A stretch of 64,000 bases of DNA from Octopus sinensis (GCF_006345805.1 NC_042999.1:163432001-163496000); one strand, 5' to 3'. Numbered from the stretch's first letter, positions 1 through 13,177 are shown. Notes: generated by a model not told the origin, from the sequence alone. Translations and numbers: made by a program.

Positions 1-1460
1 CATATCTTAGAAAATAATGGATGAAACATTTCTACCGCTATTTCTATAGCTGATTTCATTGCTTCAGCTGGAATGTTGTCTACACCTCCCGCTTTCCCAT
101 TCTTGAGGGATTGTATAGCCTTTCTTATTTCAAACTTGGACAGTGGGTCAAGGCTGATGTTAAGATCCAAATTTCTTGGCACAATGTTGGCTATTATGTC
201 TGGAGGTAGTCTATTGAGCAAATCTTCAAAATGCTCCTTTTCTACTCTTACTCTCTTCTCGGATAGTAATTCAGTTGTGTTGTACAGCTCTTTCATGTTC
301 TGGCGCTGAGCTGCACTTTCTGCTGTTGTTGCTAAATTTTTGAAATATTTTCACTTGTCTCTTCTTAATTGTTTTTTAACTTTCTTATTTTGTTGATTGT
401 AATTTCCCTGACATCTATTTATCTCTACTTCTAAGCTTGCCGATAGTGATTTTTCCTTTAGCTTCTTTCGTACTTCTATGGCTGTTAGTGTCTCTTGTGA
501 TATACACATCTTATTCTTTTTGCTTACACACCCTACGAATTCTTCTAATAATGAAATAAAAGCATCCTTAATTTTTGACCAAGTGTGTTCTGTTGTGTTG
601 CCTTGCATCCTTTTTACTTGCATTGATTTGCATGATAATACTTTTCTGTATTTTATTTGGGTGTCTTCATGTTTTAGTAAATCAACATTGTATTTTCGTT
701 GAACCTTACATTCCTCTTTTAAAACCCTTAATTTCTGTTGTAGTCTGCCAAATAGTAGGTGGTTGTCGGAGGCTGCGTCAGCCCCTCTTTTTACCCTAAC
801 ATCTAACAGTGATCTCCTGAATTTGCAGCTTACACAGATGTGATTAATATGATTTTGCGTTTTCAGATCTGGCGATATCCATGTAGCTTTGGGAAGGTCA
901 TTGTGCGGAAATAAAGTTCCTCCAATGATCAACTGGTTATTTGTGCAAAAGTCAGCAGATAACTGGCCTAAACCATGTTCTCCCATAATGGCTTCATATC
1001 CTAAATTAATGTTTCTGACTTTTGCACTGAAATCACCCAAAACCATTCTCAACTCTTTCTCAGTCTGTTTTTCAATTACGCTCTGCAGAGTATCATAAAA
1101 TTCGACTTTTGTTAATTCATCAGCATCATTTGTTGGGGCGTAGCACATAACGATTGTAAGGAAAATCCGCTTATGAGATGTTCTAAACTTTACTAGTATC
1201 AATCTTTCGGTTATGGGTAGCCATTCTATTAATGCTTTAACCAATTTCTTAGTCAGCGTCAGAGCTATTCCCCTTGTGTGATGCGCCTTGTCATCTTTGT
1301 GCCCTGAGTATATATAATTGTTTTTCCTGAAGCTAGCTTAGTTTGTCCATTATCAATCCACCTAGTTTCACACAAACCCCAAATTTCCAATTTGTAATTG
1401 TCCATTTCTTTGCTAATATTTGCACACTTTCCAGCAGTAAACACTGATAGTTGACAAATC
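1..1460 (-). mobile_element. Degenerate RTE-clade LINE: APE endonuclease and start of RT, cut by window edge
   Basis: ORF 351-1244 has MCYAPTN, VLGDFSAKV, NQLIIGGTLFPH and GADAASDNHLL motifs typical of RTE endonucleases; reverse strand of 61-180 reads EIRKAIQSLKNGKAGGVDNIPAE (RT N-terminus). Confidence 0.9.
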
Positions 1461-2107
1461 TTGTATTAATTTATCAACCGAAGGTTTCCAGAGTCAAAGG
1501 TTTTTTATGATGCCAAATAGTCAAAGCCCTCGGGAAGCTAGTTGGCTGATACGGCTTTCGACAAAGGATTCCACGAGGTTCGATGCGTGGAATATTTGAA
1601 CGATGTTTACTGCTAATTGAAATAGTAAAACCTAAATCATAATCCCCCCCCCCCCAAAAAAAAACATATTAATAAATTTTCTCTTTTTTCTTTTACAGAA
1701 TTTTACCAACTGAAGCGTGGATTGCCTCTTGTAGGTTTTTTGGTACCATGACTTTTATGGATGGTTTTGTTGGTAATAAAAAGGACTGAACATCACATTA
1801 GGAATTATTTATTGATTTAACTTTAGATTGATTTGAAGCCTGAACTTGACTGATCAAAATCTTTCTTGACATACTTTCCATCAAACATTATTTCTTGTTT
1901 TCTCAGATCATGCTTAAACATTTCTCTCTATATATTCCTTTAGCAATATTTCTGCCCCAGCTGCAGCAAATCCTGGATCTAGTTTTCTCAGTGATTACTT
2001 GTCACTTTCTAGGAGCGAGGGAAAAGACACTATTCTTTCATTTAAGCTTGTACTCAGTATTTTTATATTAAACTCATTTCTCTCTCACTCTTAAGTATTG
2101 TTACCTT

Positions 2108-5100
2108 TTTAGATGGAGATGGTTGTTGTTGAGCCACTCAGAAAGCTGTGATCTCACTTGGTAGTAGACCTGAACAAAGAACATATGAACTAGGTTGTAA
2201 CTTTAAAATTTTTTATTGTGGCCACACATATATCAGCCATCCCCTGTATATCATCATCTGAAATCCAGATATAAACTGCTGTCCTTGAATGCCTGTAGTT
2301 TATGTAACAAGGTGCATCTTTTTGTCTCCTACGTCAAAAGTATCAACCCAGATTTCATCACAGTCACGGAAACGTGGGCACACTCTGCACTCTGTGATGG
2401 AGTTTTCAGCATAGCCGGCTACAACCTGTTCCGCAAAGACCACATTAGTCGCCGTGGAGGGGGTGTGATGATTTATGTTCGATCAAGTCTATCGGCAATC
2501 CCCTGTGATGATTTGAACCAATCTCAGCAGGAGGTATTTTTCTGCAATGTACACATGACCATGTCAACACTTCTGCTCAGAGTCATTTACCGTCCTCCAA
2601 ATTATCGCCAAGACGCACAGCTTTTTGATATCCTCAGGGTGGCTGCCATGAAAACAGCCACATATGTGTATGTTGCAGGGGACTTCAATTTCCCTGAGAT
2701 TGACTGGGAGGCCTTCCGTTGGCCGCAAAGTGCAGACGATTTCCTTGAACTGGTGCTGAATTCGAATTGGTCCCAAGTTGTTACCTCCCCCACAAGGGGT
2801 AACAACACTTTGGATCTGCTACTTACTGCTTCTCCTGAAACAATCATTAGTGTCGCTACCGAAGAACCTTTGGGTGACTCTGATCATTCCATGATCATGG
2901 CCGACTTGTCTCTGATTGGTTGTAACAAAAAACACAACCATCTTCAGATTGCCCGCTTTGACTGGAATAAAGCAAACTGGAGCTCTTATTGTACTGAGCT
3001 GCAACGCCCGAACTGGCGCGAATTTTATGCCTCTGGAGATGTGGACACTATACTCCAGAACATTCTGAATTCAATATGGGCAGCATGTGCAGCATCAGTA
3101 CCACGCAAGCACAAAAAAACCACCCAATAGTGCAATTTGAGAGACTGCAGCAGTCCGACTTGCCAGGAAAGAACGCCATAATGCTGAATGGGAATACAAA
3201 TTGCACAAATCAGAGAGCAACAGGAAAAAGCGCAATAGGTCAGCCAACCACCTCAAGCAGGTGACAAAAAAGGCAGTGCTTGAATTTGAACAACGCATTG
3301 CAGCTAACCCTGACAGGAAAGGGTTCTGGAAGTATGTGCACTCAAAGCAGAGACCCCACTCTCCTGTTGGTCCCCTTCGCAATCCCCACACAGGACAGAT
3401 TACTGGCAATCCCGAAGAATGTGCAGAAATCATTGCTGGATGCTATGCCGGCATCTTTACTGTCAAAGACCAAAATGTTCCATCATCATCACCACTGACA
3501 TCGGACTCTATATCTTCTATGCAATTTACACCAGCAATGCTGCAACGCCACCTAAAGAATAAACGCAATTATGCCTCTCCTGGTCTCGATGGTGTTACAT
3601 ACCTACTTCTCAAACGCGGTGGGTACTTTCTTCTAAGCCAACTTTCTCTATTCTTCCAATTCTGTCTTGACAATGGTGTTACTCCAGAACAGTGGAAAAC
3701 TGCCAGTGTCATCCCTCTGTTCAAAAAAGGCAACCGCACATCGCCTGTCAACTATCGCCCCGTCAGTCTTACCAGCTGCATCGCCAAACTGATGGAATCC
3801 TGTATCAGAGAAACCCTCTGGAACTTCTGGAAGTCTCACAGCCTCATCCAGCCGTCACAATTCGGATTTATTCCTAACTCCAGCTGCTGTAATCAACTCA
3901 TCGAGTTTCTTGAGGATGTTACCCAAATCACTGATCGCGGATCCTGGGTGGATGTTGTTTACCTGGACTTTGCTAAGGCTTTTAACTCTGTACCACACAA
4001 AAGACTTATGGTGAAGCTTTCTGCGTTGGGTGTAAGAGACAAACTCTATAACTGCTTAAAGTCCTTTATTTTTGGCCGAAAAGAGGTTGTCACAGTTCTA
4101 GGACAGCACTCTTCACCCTATGAGATGACATCTGGTGTGCCGCAGGGATCTGTTCTTGGCCCCCTTTTATTTGTTGCATATGTTAATGACATAGATGCCA
4201 ACTTAAAGAATGCCACAGTGCTGAAATATGCAGATGACATCAAGCTGTACCTCGAAATAAAGAGGTCAAATCCTATACACTATGGATCTCTATTGCAAGC
4301 AGACCTGGACACAATGCAGCAGTGCATCATGGACTGGCAACTCAAGCTGGGTGTGGACAAATGTACCACCATGCATTTTGGGAGGAGAAACCCAGCGTCC
4401 ACCTACTCCCTCCACAACACTAGTCTCAAAAAGTCTTCAAGTGAACGTGACCTGGGTGTTATTGTCGACAGTGATTTGCGTTGGACAAAACACATCGCCA
4501 AAATTGTCAAGAAGGCTGAGGGTGTCTTGGCATCACTCACCAAATCCTTTGTGAGCTGCTCCCCGGCTATCTATCTGCGGCTTTATATAGCTATGGTAAG
4601 ACCTCACCTGGAATTTGCATCACCGGTCTAGAACCCCTATCTTGCCCAGGACATCAATCGTCTGGAAGCTGTTCAGCAACGTGCAACCAAAAGAATACCC
4701 TCCATCAGGCATTTGCCATATCCTGAACGCCTTACTTCCCTGGGCATGGACACATTGAAACTCCAACGTCTGGCAGCTGACCTGGCAGACACCCATAAAA
4801 TTAACCATCACACAAACAATAACTCTGAGCACCTCTTCAAACTCCACCCATCTAACACCCGTGGACATATTTACAAAGTAAGAAAACAGCACAGCTCCCA
4901 TGACTTCAGGAAACATTTTTTCACGCTGAGAGTTGCTGAAGCGTGGAACAAACTGCCGGCATCGGTTGTTAGTTGTCGGAGCACTGCATCCTTCAAGACT
5001 TCCATGCTTCCTGAGATTCGCCAACACTACACCTGATTTTCTCCCCTCCATACACACACAAGCATGTATCTGACTCATACATTGTTCGCTTTCCAGACAT

Positions 5101-5437
5101 TTCTACATTACTGCATGTACTCTATATGCACTTTCTGACAAGTTGTGGTGCACCTGAGCACTGTATACAATAATTTCATTATTATTATTATTATTATATA
5201 CACAATGGAATGATAAACAGAATGGTTGGTGTGTAGAGGCCATGGTCTTCTATGCTTTGCTTCTATCTGCAAACTACCCTGTGGTGTAGGAGAGAACCTG
5301 TCTAGTTGTGTCCTCACAGCTTGTGTGTCAGTGCAGAAAAGAGGAAGAGATGAGGTCATGTGTCATGATCTCACATTTTCACACCATCTAGTGAGCTTGT
5401 TTTTAATTGCTGTCAAAGGGGAGTAACTGCGCCTACA
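2108..5437 (-). repeat. 3' LTR of old Gypsy element, split by a CR1-group LINE (LTR parts 2108-2233 and about 5196-5437)
   Basis: Both parts align contiguously to the uninterrupted LTR at 10643-10998. Confidence 0.88.
2234..5197 (+). mobile_element. CR1/L2-group LINE ORF2 (APE endonuclease plus RT), inactivated, with 3' UTR and (ATT)n tail
   Basis: ORF 2216-3130 (VTETW, YRPP, GDFNFP, LDL, SDH); ORF 3201-4631 (YLDFAKAF, PQGSVLGPLLF, YADD); in-frame TAG where SPVW is expected; C-terminus 4713-5036; (att)n at about 5178-5197. Confidence 0.93.
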
Positions 5438-5970
5438 GACCCCCCCCCCCTGTTAGACTGTAAGCAGTCAACTAATTAGTGTAGGCGGAGTGTGGACTAG
5501 GAGGGTACAGAAGAAGGAACCATGGCAAAACAGTTGTATGAACAATTGAGAAAAAAATACAATGCAAATATATACTAGAAAAATGTTCAGCAAAGAAAAG
5601 TGTGCAATCAAATAGAACAAGTGATATATTTACAATGATACAGAAAGAGAGAAAATGTGAATGCAGTGTCTATAGCAGAATAAGTCTATTCTCCAGAACA
5701 GTCACTGGCAAGGCAAAGTTAAGAAATGTAAGAAATGAGGCAATTTCTTCGGCCAATGAACCGATCTGCCAAAGTGTGACCCGTAAGGTAAAGAACATGT
5801 TTGTGTAGTTGGTGTTTTAGTGAATGGAGGTAGGGTGGCAGTGTTTGTGGAATGATAGGTCTGTCAGCAAGTGGCATAAATGTTTCAGAAACGACATTTT
5901 TTACTCTGTCGATAGAGAGAGTCTTTTTGTTCCCATGAATGTCCACAGTGAATACTTTTGGTGTGCTTTT

Positions 5971-6380
5971 AGTTAGTTAGTTAATTTGGCTCAAAAGCAA
6001 ATAGCAAGGCCATGTAGGGGGACATGGAGTTAAGTACAGGGTGGTGTTCATGTAAAGAGTTCAGGCCCCTTGAGGTCAAGGGAGGCTTTGAACAAAGCGG
6101 TCGTCGGCATCTTCACCATCTCGTCTGGTAGCTTGTTCCACGGATCCGCAACCTGGACAGAGAAAGCTCCTCTCCTTCGATTGAGATGAAATCGTCGCAG
6201 GTAGAGCTTTTCGGAATGACCCCGCAGCCGACGCTCTGAAGCAGGAGTGAAGAACAGCTCTTTCGAGAGGTTACACTTTCCACTTATGATGTTGTGAGCA
6301 AGAATGAGATCACCATGGTGACGGCGTTTTTCTAGAGAATAAAGGTCGAGCGTCCTCAGCCTTTCTTCGCAATAGAGTCC
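5971..6380 (-). mobile_element. 5'-truncated CR1-group LINE fragment inserted in Gypsy integrase tail
   Basis: EERLRTLDLYSLEKRR...RGHSEKL...FSVQVADPWNKLP is the CR1-type ORF2 C-terminus; ends in a (TAAC)n tail; flanked on both sides by integrase C-terminal codons. Confidence 0.85.
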
Positions 6381-6993
6381 AGTGTAGGTAGGTGCGAGCG
6401 ATCCCTTGACGGCATTGTTTCTTACAAACACTTAAGTCCAGGGAGAAATATTTGGAGGTACTGCAGAGGAATTAGACTGATCGTGAGGAAGCATCGGTGG
6501 TAGGTCAGAAAAGTATGACCTGAGTTGCGTGACGTAAGATGTGGGGTTCACATTCGGTAAGTTGACGGACACCAACATTTGTCCAGGAAGTGCTAAGGTG
6601 GTGCCATACAGGAGCTCAGTGGCCTAAATCCTCTTTGATAGCTGAGCGGCACCCCAGCAGAACAACGGGGAGAAACTCAGACCAATGATGAGGGTCAGGA
6701 GCCATATGAATAGTGGCTTTAAGCTGTCAGTGGAATCTTTCTACCATACCGTTCGCGGCGGCATGGTAACTGGTGGTGTGGATGTGCTGAACTTCAAGCA
6801 ATCTTGAAAGCTCATGGAACAGACAAGCTTCAAATTGGCATCCACGATCAGTAGTATTTCTAGAGGGTACTCCGAAGTGAGATATCCACCCAGAGATGAG
6901 TGCTCTGGCGACTGTTTCTGCTGAAATATCCATGAGAGGGATAGCTTCAGGCCATCTGGAGAAATGGTTGATGCAGGTCAATATATAAATGAA

Positions 6994-7316
6994 GGCGGCG
7001 AGCTGGCAGAAACGTTAGCACGTCGGGCGAAATGCGTAGCCGTATTTCGTCTGCCATTACGTTCTGAGTTCAAATTCCGCCGAGGTCGACTTTACCTTTC
7101 ATCCTTTCGGGGTCGATAAATTAAGTACCAGTTACGCACTGGGGTCAATGTAATCGACTTAATCCGTTTGGCTGTCTTTGTTTGTCCCCTCTATGTTTAG
7201 CCCCTTGTGGGTAGTAAAAAAAAAAATATAAGTAAATCCGCAACATAAATGGCGGTGCCCCAGCATGGCCACAGCTCATTAGCTGAAACTAGAAAAATCA
7301 AAATCAAAATCAAAAC
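6994..7316 (+). mobile_element. tRNA-derived SINE family A, with an extra 3' module
   Basis: A-box-like TGGCAGAAACGTTAG and B-box GAGTTCAAATTCC; homologous copies at 11793-12025 and 56863-57095; (AAAATC)n tail. Confidence 0.85.
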
Positions 7317-10300
7317 TGACCGATCAGGTCAATGTGTATGTGACAGAACCTGGTGTCTGGTGGCTGGAAGTGTTTAAAAGGTGCTTTCACGCAACGATGC
7401 ACCTTGGAACGCTGACATGGTAGACAGGCATGTGACCAAGCAGTAATAGTCCGTCGCATATTCGACCAGAAAAAGTGGGCCAAGGTAACAGTGAATGCAG
7501 TGCTTCAAAAACAGCACGACAGTAGCATTTAAGAATAAGGGGTCATGGTGATCCGGTAGAGACATCACAGAGAATGGTTCCTTCAGAAAAGGACAGAGGC
7601 AGGCGTTCAAACTTGCAGCAGGAAAACTGGTGAAGAGATGTCCAGAGAGTCCAAAGAGGATTGGTCAGTAGCCATAGCAACCAAATCAATCGAAGCAGGC
7701 GAGATAAGGCATTGGTAGGAATGTCAGTGCCAGCAATATGGCAAATGTCACTAGTGAACTGTGATATATAGTCCAATTGCTTGGTCCCTTTGGGCAATTA
7801 CCAGTCCATTTTTGCAAAGAGAGTGAACATTAACAGTTTGTGGTCGGTAAGTATCATGAAATCTCTGCCTTCAAGAAGATAAGAGAAATGCTTCACCGCC
7901 AGGTAAACTGCTTAGTTCAGCATTTTCCAGCTGGCATGAGAAGGCTAATGGCTGGCTTTGGCTGTTGACAGATTGCTCTAAAACTACATCTATAGCAGAT
8001 GATGACGCATCAACAGTAAGTGATAATTTTGCATCCGGAACAGGACGGGTGAGGAAGGATGCTTGAACAAGGTCAGCTTTGACAGATCCAAAAGCTTAGA
8101 CGCCTGTAAGAGACAACATTATTTGGGTGTCTTTCTTCTGCTGATCTTTCAATAGCTGGCCTCCACTTTAGAGGGAAGTAGACAAATACTATCGGCATCA
8201 ATGAGATGTCCCAAGAATTCCAAACTGATAGAACCGAATACACACTTAACTGGGTTGATCTTCACATCATAGGAATATAGGTGCGGAGTACCACTGGTGA
8301 TAAGAAAGTCATCAATGTATGCGAAGACAAAATCTAACCCATGAATGACCTCATCAATAAACCTTTGGAGCATGCTGAACACATTATGAAGTCCAAACAG
8401 CATAGGCAAGAATTCAAACACTTCAAAAGGTGTGGTGACAGCTGTCTTTGGAATGTCGTCACACATGTACTGAGTCAACCTTAGAAAAAATCTTACAGCC
8501 ATGCGGGGTAGATGAAAAATCCTGAACATTAGGGAAAGGATAGCAATCTACAATAGTGACAGTGTCAAGACGTCTAAAATCTTCAACTGGTCAGAAATCA
8601 GCGTCATTCTTCCTGGCTATGTGTAAAGGTGCTGCCCACGGGCTCATAGAGGCATGAACGATGGAGCATGTGCTCGAATTCAGCCCAGGCAATCCAGAGT
8701 TTCTCTGGAGACAAACAGCATAATCGGGAAAAGACTGGAGGTCCCTTGGTCGTGATGAAATGTCTCATAGAATGGGCTGGATTCAATGGATGAAATGACA
8801 AATCAGTCAACTCTGGAAAAGAAGTAAGTGTCACCCAAAGTGGCCACAAAGAAAGAAGGGCTCACAACAGGGACAGAAGAATCCTTTCTGGTGATGGCAA
8901 GTGAAGTTTTGTCATCAATGAGTTGGCATCCTCTAATGCCCACAATGAGAAATCAGCACACAAGAATAGGCTGGGTCAGGTCTGCAATGACAAAAATCTG
9001 CTTGAAATCCCTACAGAGTGATAAATCCAGGATGAGGTAGATTTATCCATAGGTTTTGATAGAGAAGTGATTCACCACGTAGAGGCGATGTCCAAAAGAT
9101 CAGGATTGGTGGAGGTAAACCGTTGCGGCCAAATACTTAAGCTGGCACCTGTATCCACCATAAAGGACTTTGAAGAATTGCATCTCAAATAAAGAATGCA
9201 TGGTAGGGTGAATTGATGGGGGAGATGACTGACGTGTCCAATGCCTCCCTGCCTAGTTTCCCTGCAAAGAGTGGGAGCAGGGCTGTGTACATTTCTCAGC
9301 CTGGTCCTTGAACTTCCTGTGGTACCAGCAGACTGAGGGAGCAGGAAGTGCATGTGTGTATGAGGAGTGGCACCTGGTCCTCCCTGCAGAATGATGCTTT
9401 GAAGACAAATGGTTCCTGTACATGCATGAAACCTGATGGGACAGTTCTGTGATAGCCCGCAAGATTTCAGAGGATTGCATGTCGTCCAGAGCAGAAATAG
9501 AATCTCAAGAGGAAGATGAAGAAGTGACATGTTATCTGCGGACAATGGTGTGCCAGAAAATTCCATAATCCTGTCTGCGGAGGCAGCGAGTTGTTCAAGA
9601 GCTGTGTGTTCCATCATAGGAGCTAAAATTAACTGAACATTAGAAGACATCCTAGAGAAAAATAATTGTTTGACAAATGCCTGTCCCTCATATGAGCTAT
9701 TGGACAACTCTTGGATGCATTGAAAAACTGGGTGGGGTTTTGGTCCCCAAGATGCTCATCCTGCAAGAGTGCGTGAAATTTACTCTCAACCGAAGGAGAG
9801 TTACGCTGGAGAACCTCATCTTCGAAGGTTTTGTAAGTCATATCCGATAGAGTCCCTGTTATCATATCTCGCACTGAAAGTGTGAGAGGAGAAGGAATGC
9901 CAGTAAGAGCGACGTGGAATTTGCTCTGGGCCGAGCGAATGTTAGAAGAAATAAAGAACGATTCCAGTTGTGAAAACCACATCTTAGCATCTCCATGATA
10001 TTGAGGCAAAAGAAAATGACTGATCTTGGACAATAATAGGAACAGAATGGCACGAAGAACAAGTTGGTTGAAAGAAATGCCACCCTAGTTGAAAGAAGAC
10101 ACAATGAGCAGCGAACTAGGAAATTTTTTTTTAGTAGCAGAGGATGAGAATAAGAGTCCTTGCTAAATGGATAAAGAACAAAACATGGCCAACATGTGGA
10201 TAATCCAGGTGTTTGAGAGAAAGAAACTCATACCTGGCACATAGGAAAAAATTTGCTGTCCATATTAATTCTGGAGAAGATTCCAGATAATTTTTTTTTT

Positions 10301-10642
10301 CCTTTTTTACAAGTAAGAAGAAAATTCTGGAACGCTGTGTCTCCAAAGGACTAAGCTATAAATCAGTCACAACCCAGGAAAAAATGATTTGCAGTTTGTC
10401 ACTTGAAAATGGCACCAATTTTTTCTGGTGAAGGAAACAATATGGCGACGAGAAACACCAGTGGTAGTATGTTCCTATATTACGAGTGGCGATTTGGTTG
10501 CGTAGCCAAAGTTGCAAAGGAGAAAAAATAATTCGTATTTACTGGTCTGTATTCACCCGGTGTTCACCATTTTAGAAGTATAGTTCTGTTCTGCTTTGGG
10601 TCACCATTATAGTTGGATAGTTGTCCATGTCAGGGTCACCAT

Positions 10643-10998
10643 TTTGGATGGAGTAAGTCATTGTTGAGCCACCTAATATGACTCACTCAGAAAGCTGTGA
10701 TCTCACTTGGTAGTAGACCTGGATGAAGAACATATGAACTAGGTTGTAACTTTAAAATTTTTATTGTGGCCACATATATATACACAATAGAATGATAAAC
10801 AGAATGGTTGGTGTGTAGAAGCCATGGTCTTCAACTACCCTGTGGTGTAGGAGAGAACCTGTCTAGTTGTGTCCTCACAGCTTGTGTGTCAGTGCAGAAA
10901 AGAGGAAGAGATGAGATCATGTGTCAGGATCTCACATTTTCATGCCATCTAGTGGGCTTGTTTTTAATCGCTGTCAAAGGGGTGTAACTGCGCCTACA
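10643..10998 (-). repeat. 5' LTR of old Gypsy element
   Basis: Homologous to the left LTR, starts TGTAG on the minus strand, followed by the PBS, flanked by CCTT. Confidence 0.88.
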
Positions 10999-11792
10999 CC
11001 TTCACTGTCAACTTCTCACTACTATAACATCGCACTTCATGTATGCATTGTATAGTACATCAACCTACATTTCAAGCTTTAGTTAAATGGTCAGTAGCTC
11101 ATCTTGTCACTAATATTTAGCAGGATCCTTGACATAGATACTTTACTCTCACTAACTCAGTTTTTGTTAATGTATGTACATGCCACAGGAAGAAATTGCT
11201 CACTGCTGTAAGTACTGCAGTCATTGAGTAACAGACCAGTGTTTTATTAGCTTACAGTGTTGGGTTAAAATTTTTCAATGTACAAGAAAAAATTGATATT
11301 GCCAATGCAAAATTATCTAAGAGACCAAATACATATTTAGTAGTTCCTCATTGTCAAATTCATATTAACAAGCAATCAGTCAGATCTGAATCACAAACAT
11401 TTTTTTAAAAATTCAGCTTTAATTTTATGCAAAAATTTATTGTAAATTTGAAAAAAACAAAACCCCTCAAAAACATGAAAAACTTGTAAAGTATTTTGTT
11501 TCTAAATTGAAATTTACACAGTTTGAAAATAATTTCATAAAATGTTTATTAGATATTAACATACATGAAAATTACAATTATCATTATTGTAAAGATTCAA
11601 ATCTTTTAATATTTCAAGAATAAACTATTCTCCAGGAGTATGAAAATTACAGGTGCTCTATTAATCAGTACAGAGGTGAGAATTGTGTGTCTACAATTTC
11701 TGATTTAATCACTTGGAGACATATTTCCTTGACACACTATGCAAAGATGGCATCATTGATTATGATCCAATGACCTAATACATTCCAATATA

Positions 11793-12025
11793 TAATTTTT
11801 TTACTACCCACAAGGGGCTAAACATAGAGGGGACAAACAAGGACAGACAAAGGGAGTAAATCGATTACATTGATCCCAGTGCGAAACTGGTACTTAATTT
11901 ATCGACCCCGAAAGGATGAAAGGTAAAGTCGACCTCGGCGGAATTTGAACCCAGAACGTAACGACAGACAAAAAACCGCAAAGCATTTCGCCCGGCGCGC
12001 TAACGTTTCTGCCAGCTCGCTGCCT
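11793..12025 (-). mobile_element. SINE family A copy with 18-bp TSD
   Basis: ctaatacattccaatata at 11775-11792 and 12026-12043; body matches the 6994-7230 copy. Confidence 0.9.
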
Positions 12026-12719
12026 CTAATACATTCCAATATAGTTGACCCTTCCTTCCAACTCAACAATTTTGCCTATATTTTGATGCTGACTTTATAT
12101 CTTGAGTTAGGATTGTAAAATTGCAGAAATATTTGTTCTAATAATCTATAAATAAACTGGTCATCAGACATTTGTAAGTATTTAGAAAAATAAAAATGCA
12201 ATGGTATTCATGTCAGTCAATTCATCAAATAAACATTTAAAACTGATTGGGCAGAGAAATTGCATTTCAAAATAATGGGAATCTACATTATTTACATTTG
12301 ATGGATATTTGTCCTCATCTTGTTTGTTGTTAACACTCGTTTCCTGAACTGCTATGTTTTGCTGTATAGAAAAGTAGATACTACAAGAAGATAAGTATAA
12401 ATATTGTTATTGTAATATATCGTTTCTATATCAACAAGCTCAACCAAAGTATAGGTAAACTTAACAATTTGAATGTTACCCTCTGTCTTTTGTTATCACT
12501 CTCTTGTAAGTGTTTAGAGGACTATGTTCTGGGTTCCCTTCACACCCAATTATTTTCCAGCAAACACTGACATACAGACGATCAGGTTGGATACTGACTA
12601 CATCAATCTCATCAGTCTGTAGGTGCCAACAAATATTGTGGTTACTGCTAGCTCTTTCTGATTAACACATAAAGGAAAGAGATATGTGTATGAGTAGATA
12701 GAGAATAATTCAATATGAT

Positions 12720-13022
12720 CAGCTCCCATGACTTCAGGAAACATTTTTTCATGCTGAGAGTTGCTGAAGTATGGAACAAACTGCCGGCATCAGTTGTTAG
12801 TTGTCGGAGCACTGCATCCTTCAAAACTTCCATGCTTCCTGAGATTCGCCAACACTACACCTGATTTTCTCCCCTCCATACACACACAGGCATGTATCTG
12901 ACTCATACATTGTTCGCTTTCCAAACATTTTTACATTACTGCATGTACTTTATATGCACTTTCTGACAAGTTGTGGTGCACCTGAGCACTGTATACAATA
13001 ATTTCATTATTATTATTATTAT
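12720..13022 (+). mobile_element. Short 3'-end copy of the CR1-group LINE at 2234-5197
   Basis: Near-identical to about 4891-5197, including the (att)n tail. Confidence 0.92.
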
Positions 13023-13177
13023 AGAAAGCAATTTCTATTTAAACAACATAGATTGAAAATCTCACCATTCATAATTACATACAAAAATATAAACATATAA
13101 TCACATATAATCTATTTTCCAAAACTTTTATTATTATTTGGACTCTGTGGAAGAATCCAATGTACTGTGCTTTGTTT

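Larger units (their letters stand above)
2108..10998 (-). mobile_element. Old Ty3/Gypsy LTR retrotransposon (CsRn1-like lineage) with three nested insertions
   Basis: Paired LTRs (2108-5437 interrupted; 10643-10998), CCTT TSD at 2104-2107 and 10999-11002, PBS TGGTGACCC at 10633-10641, G-run PPT from 5438. Fragmented gag (9629-10033; 9253-9480 with CWYH-x9-C-x3-C), protease (FMVDTGAS), RT (8149-8849), RNase H (7543-7797), integrase (6727-6981, 5719-5946). Confidence 0.88.

Noticed and set aside
1680-1790. Strong plus-strand splice acceptor with short open frame (ILPTEAW...)
   Set aside because: No convincing donor, partner exon or homology.
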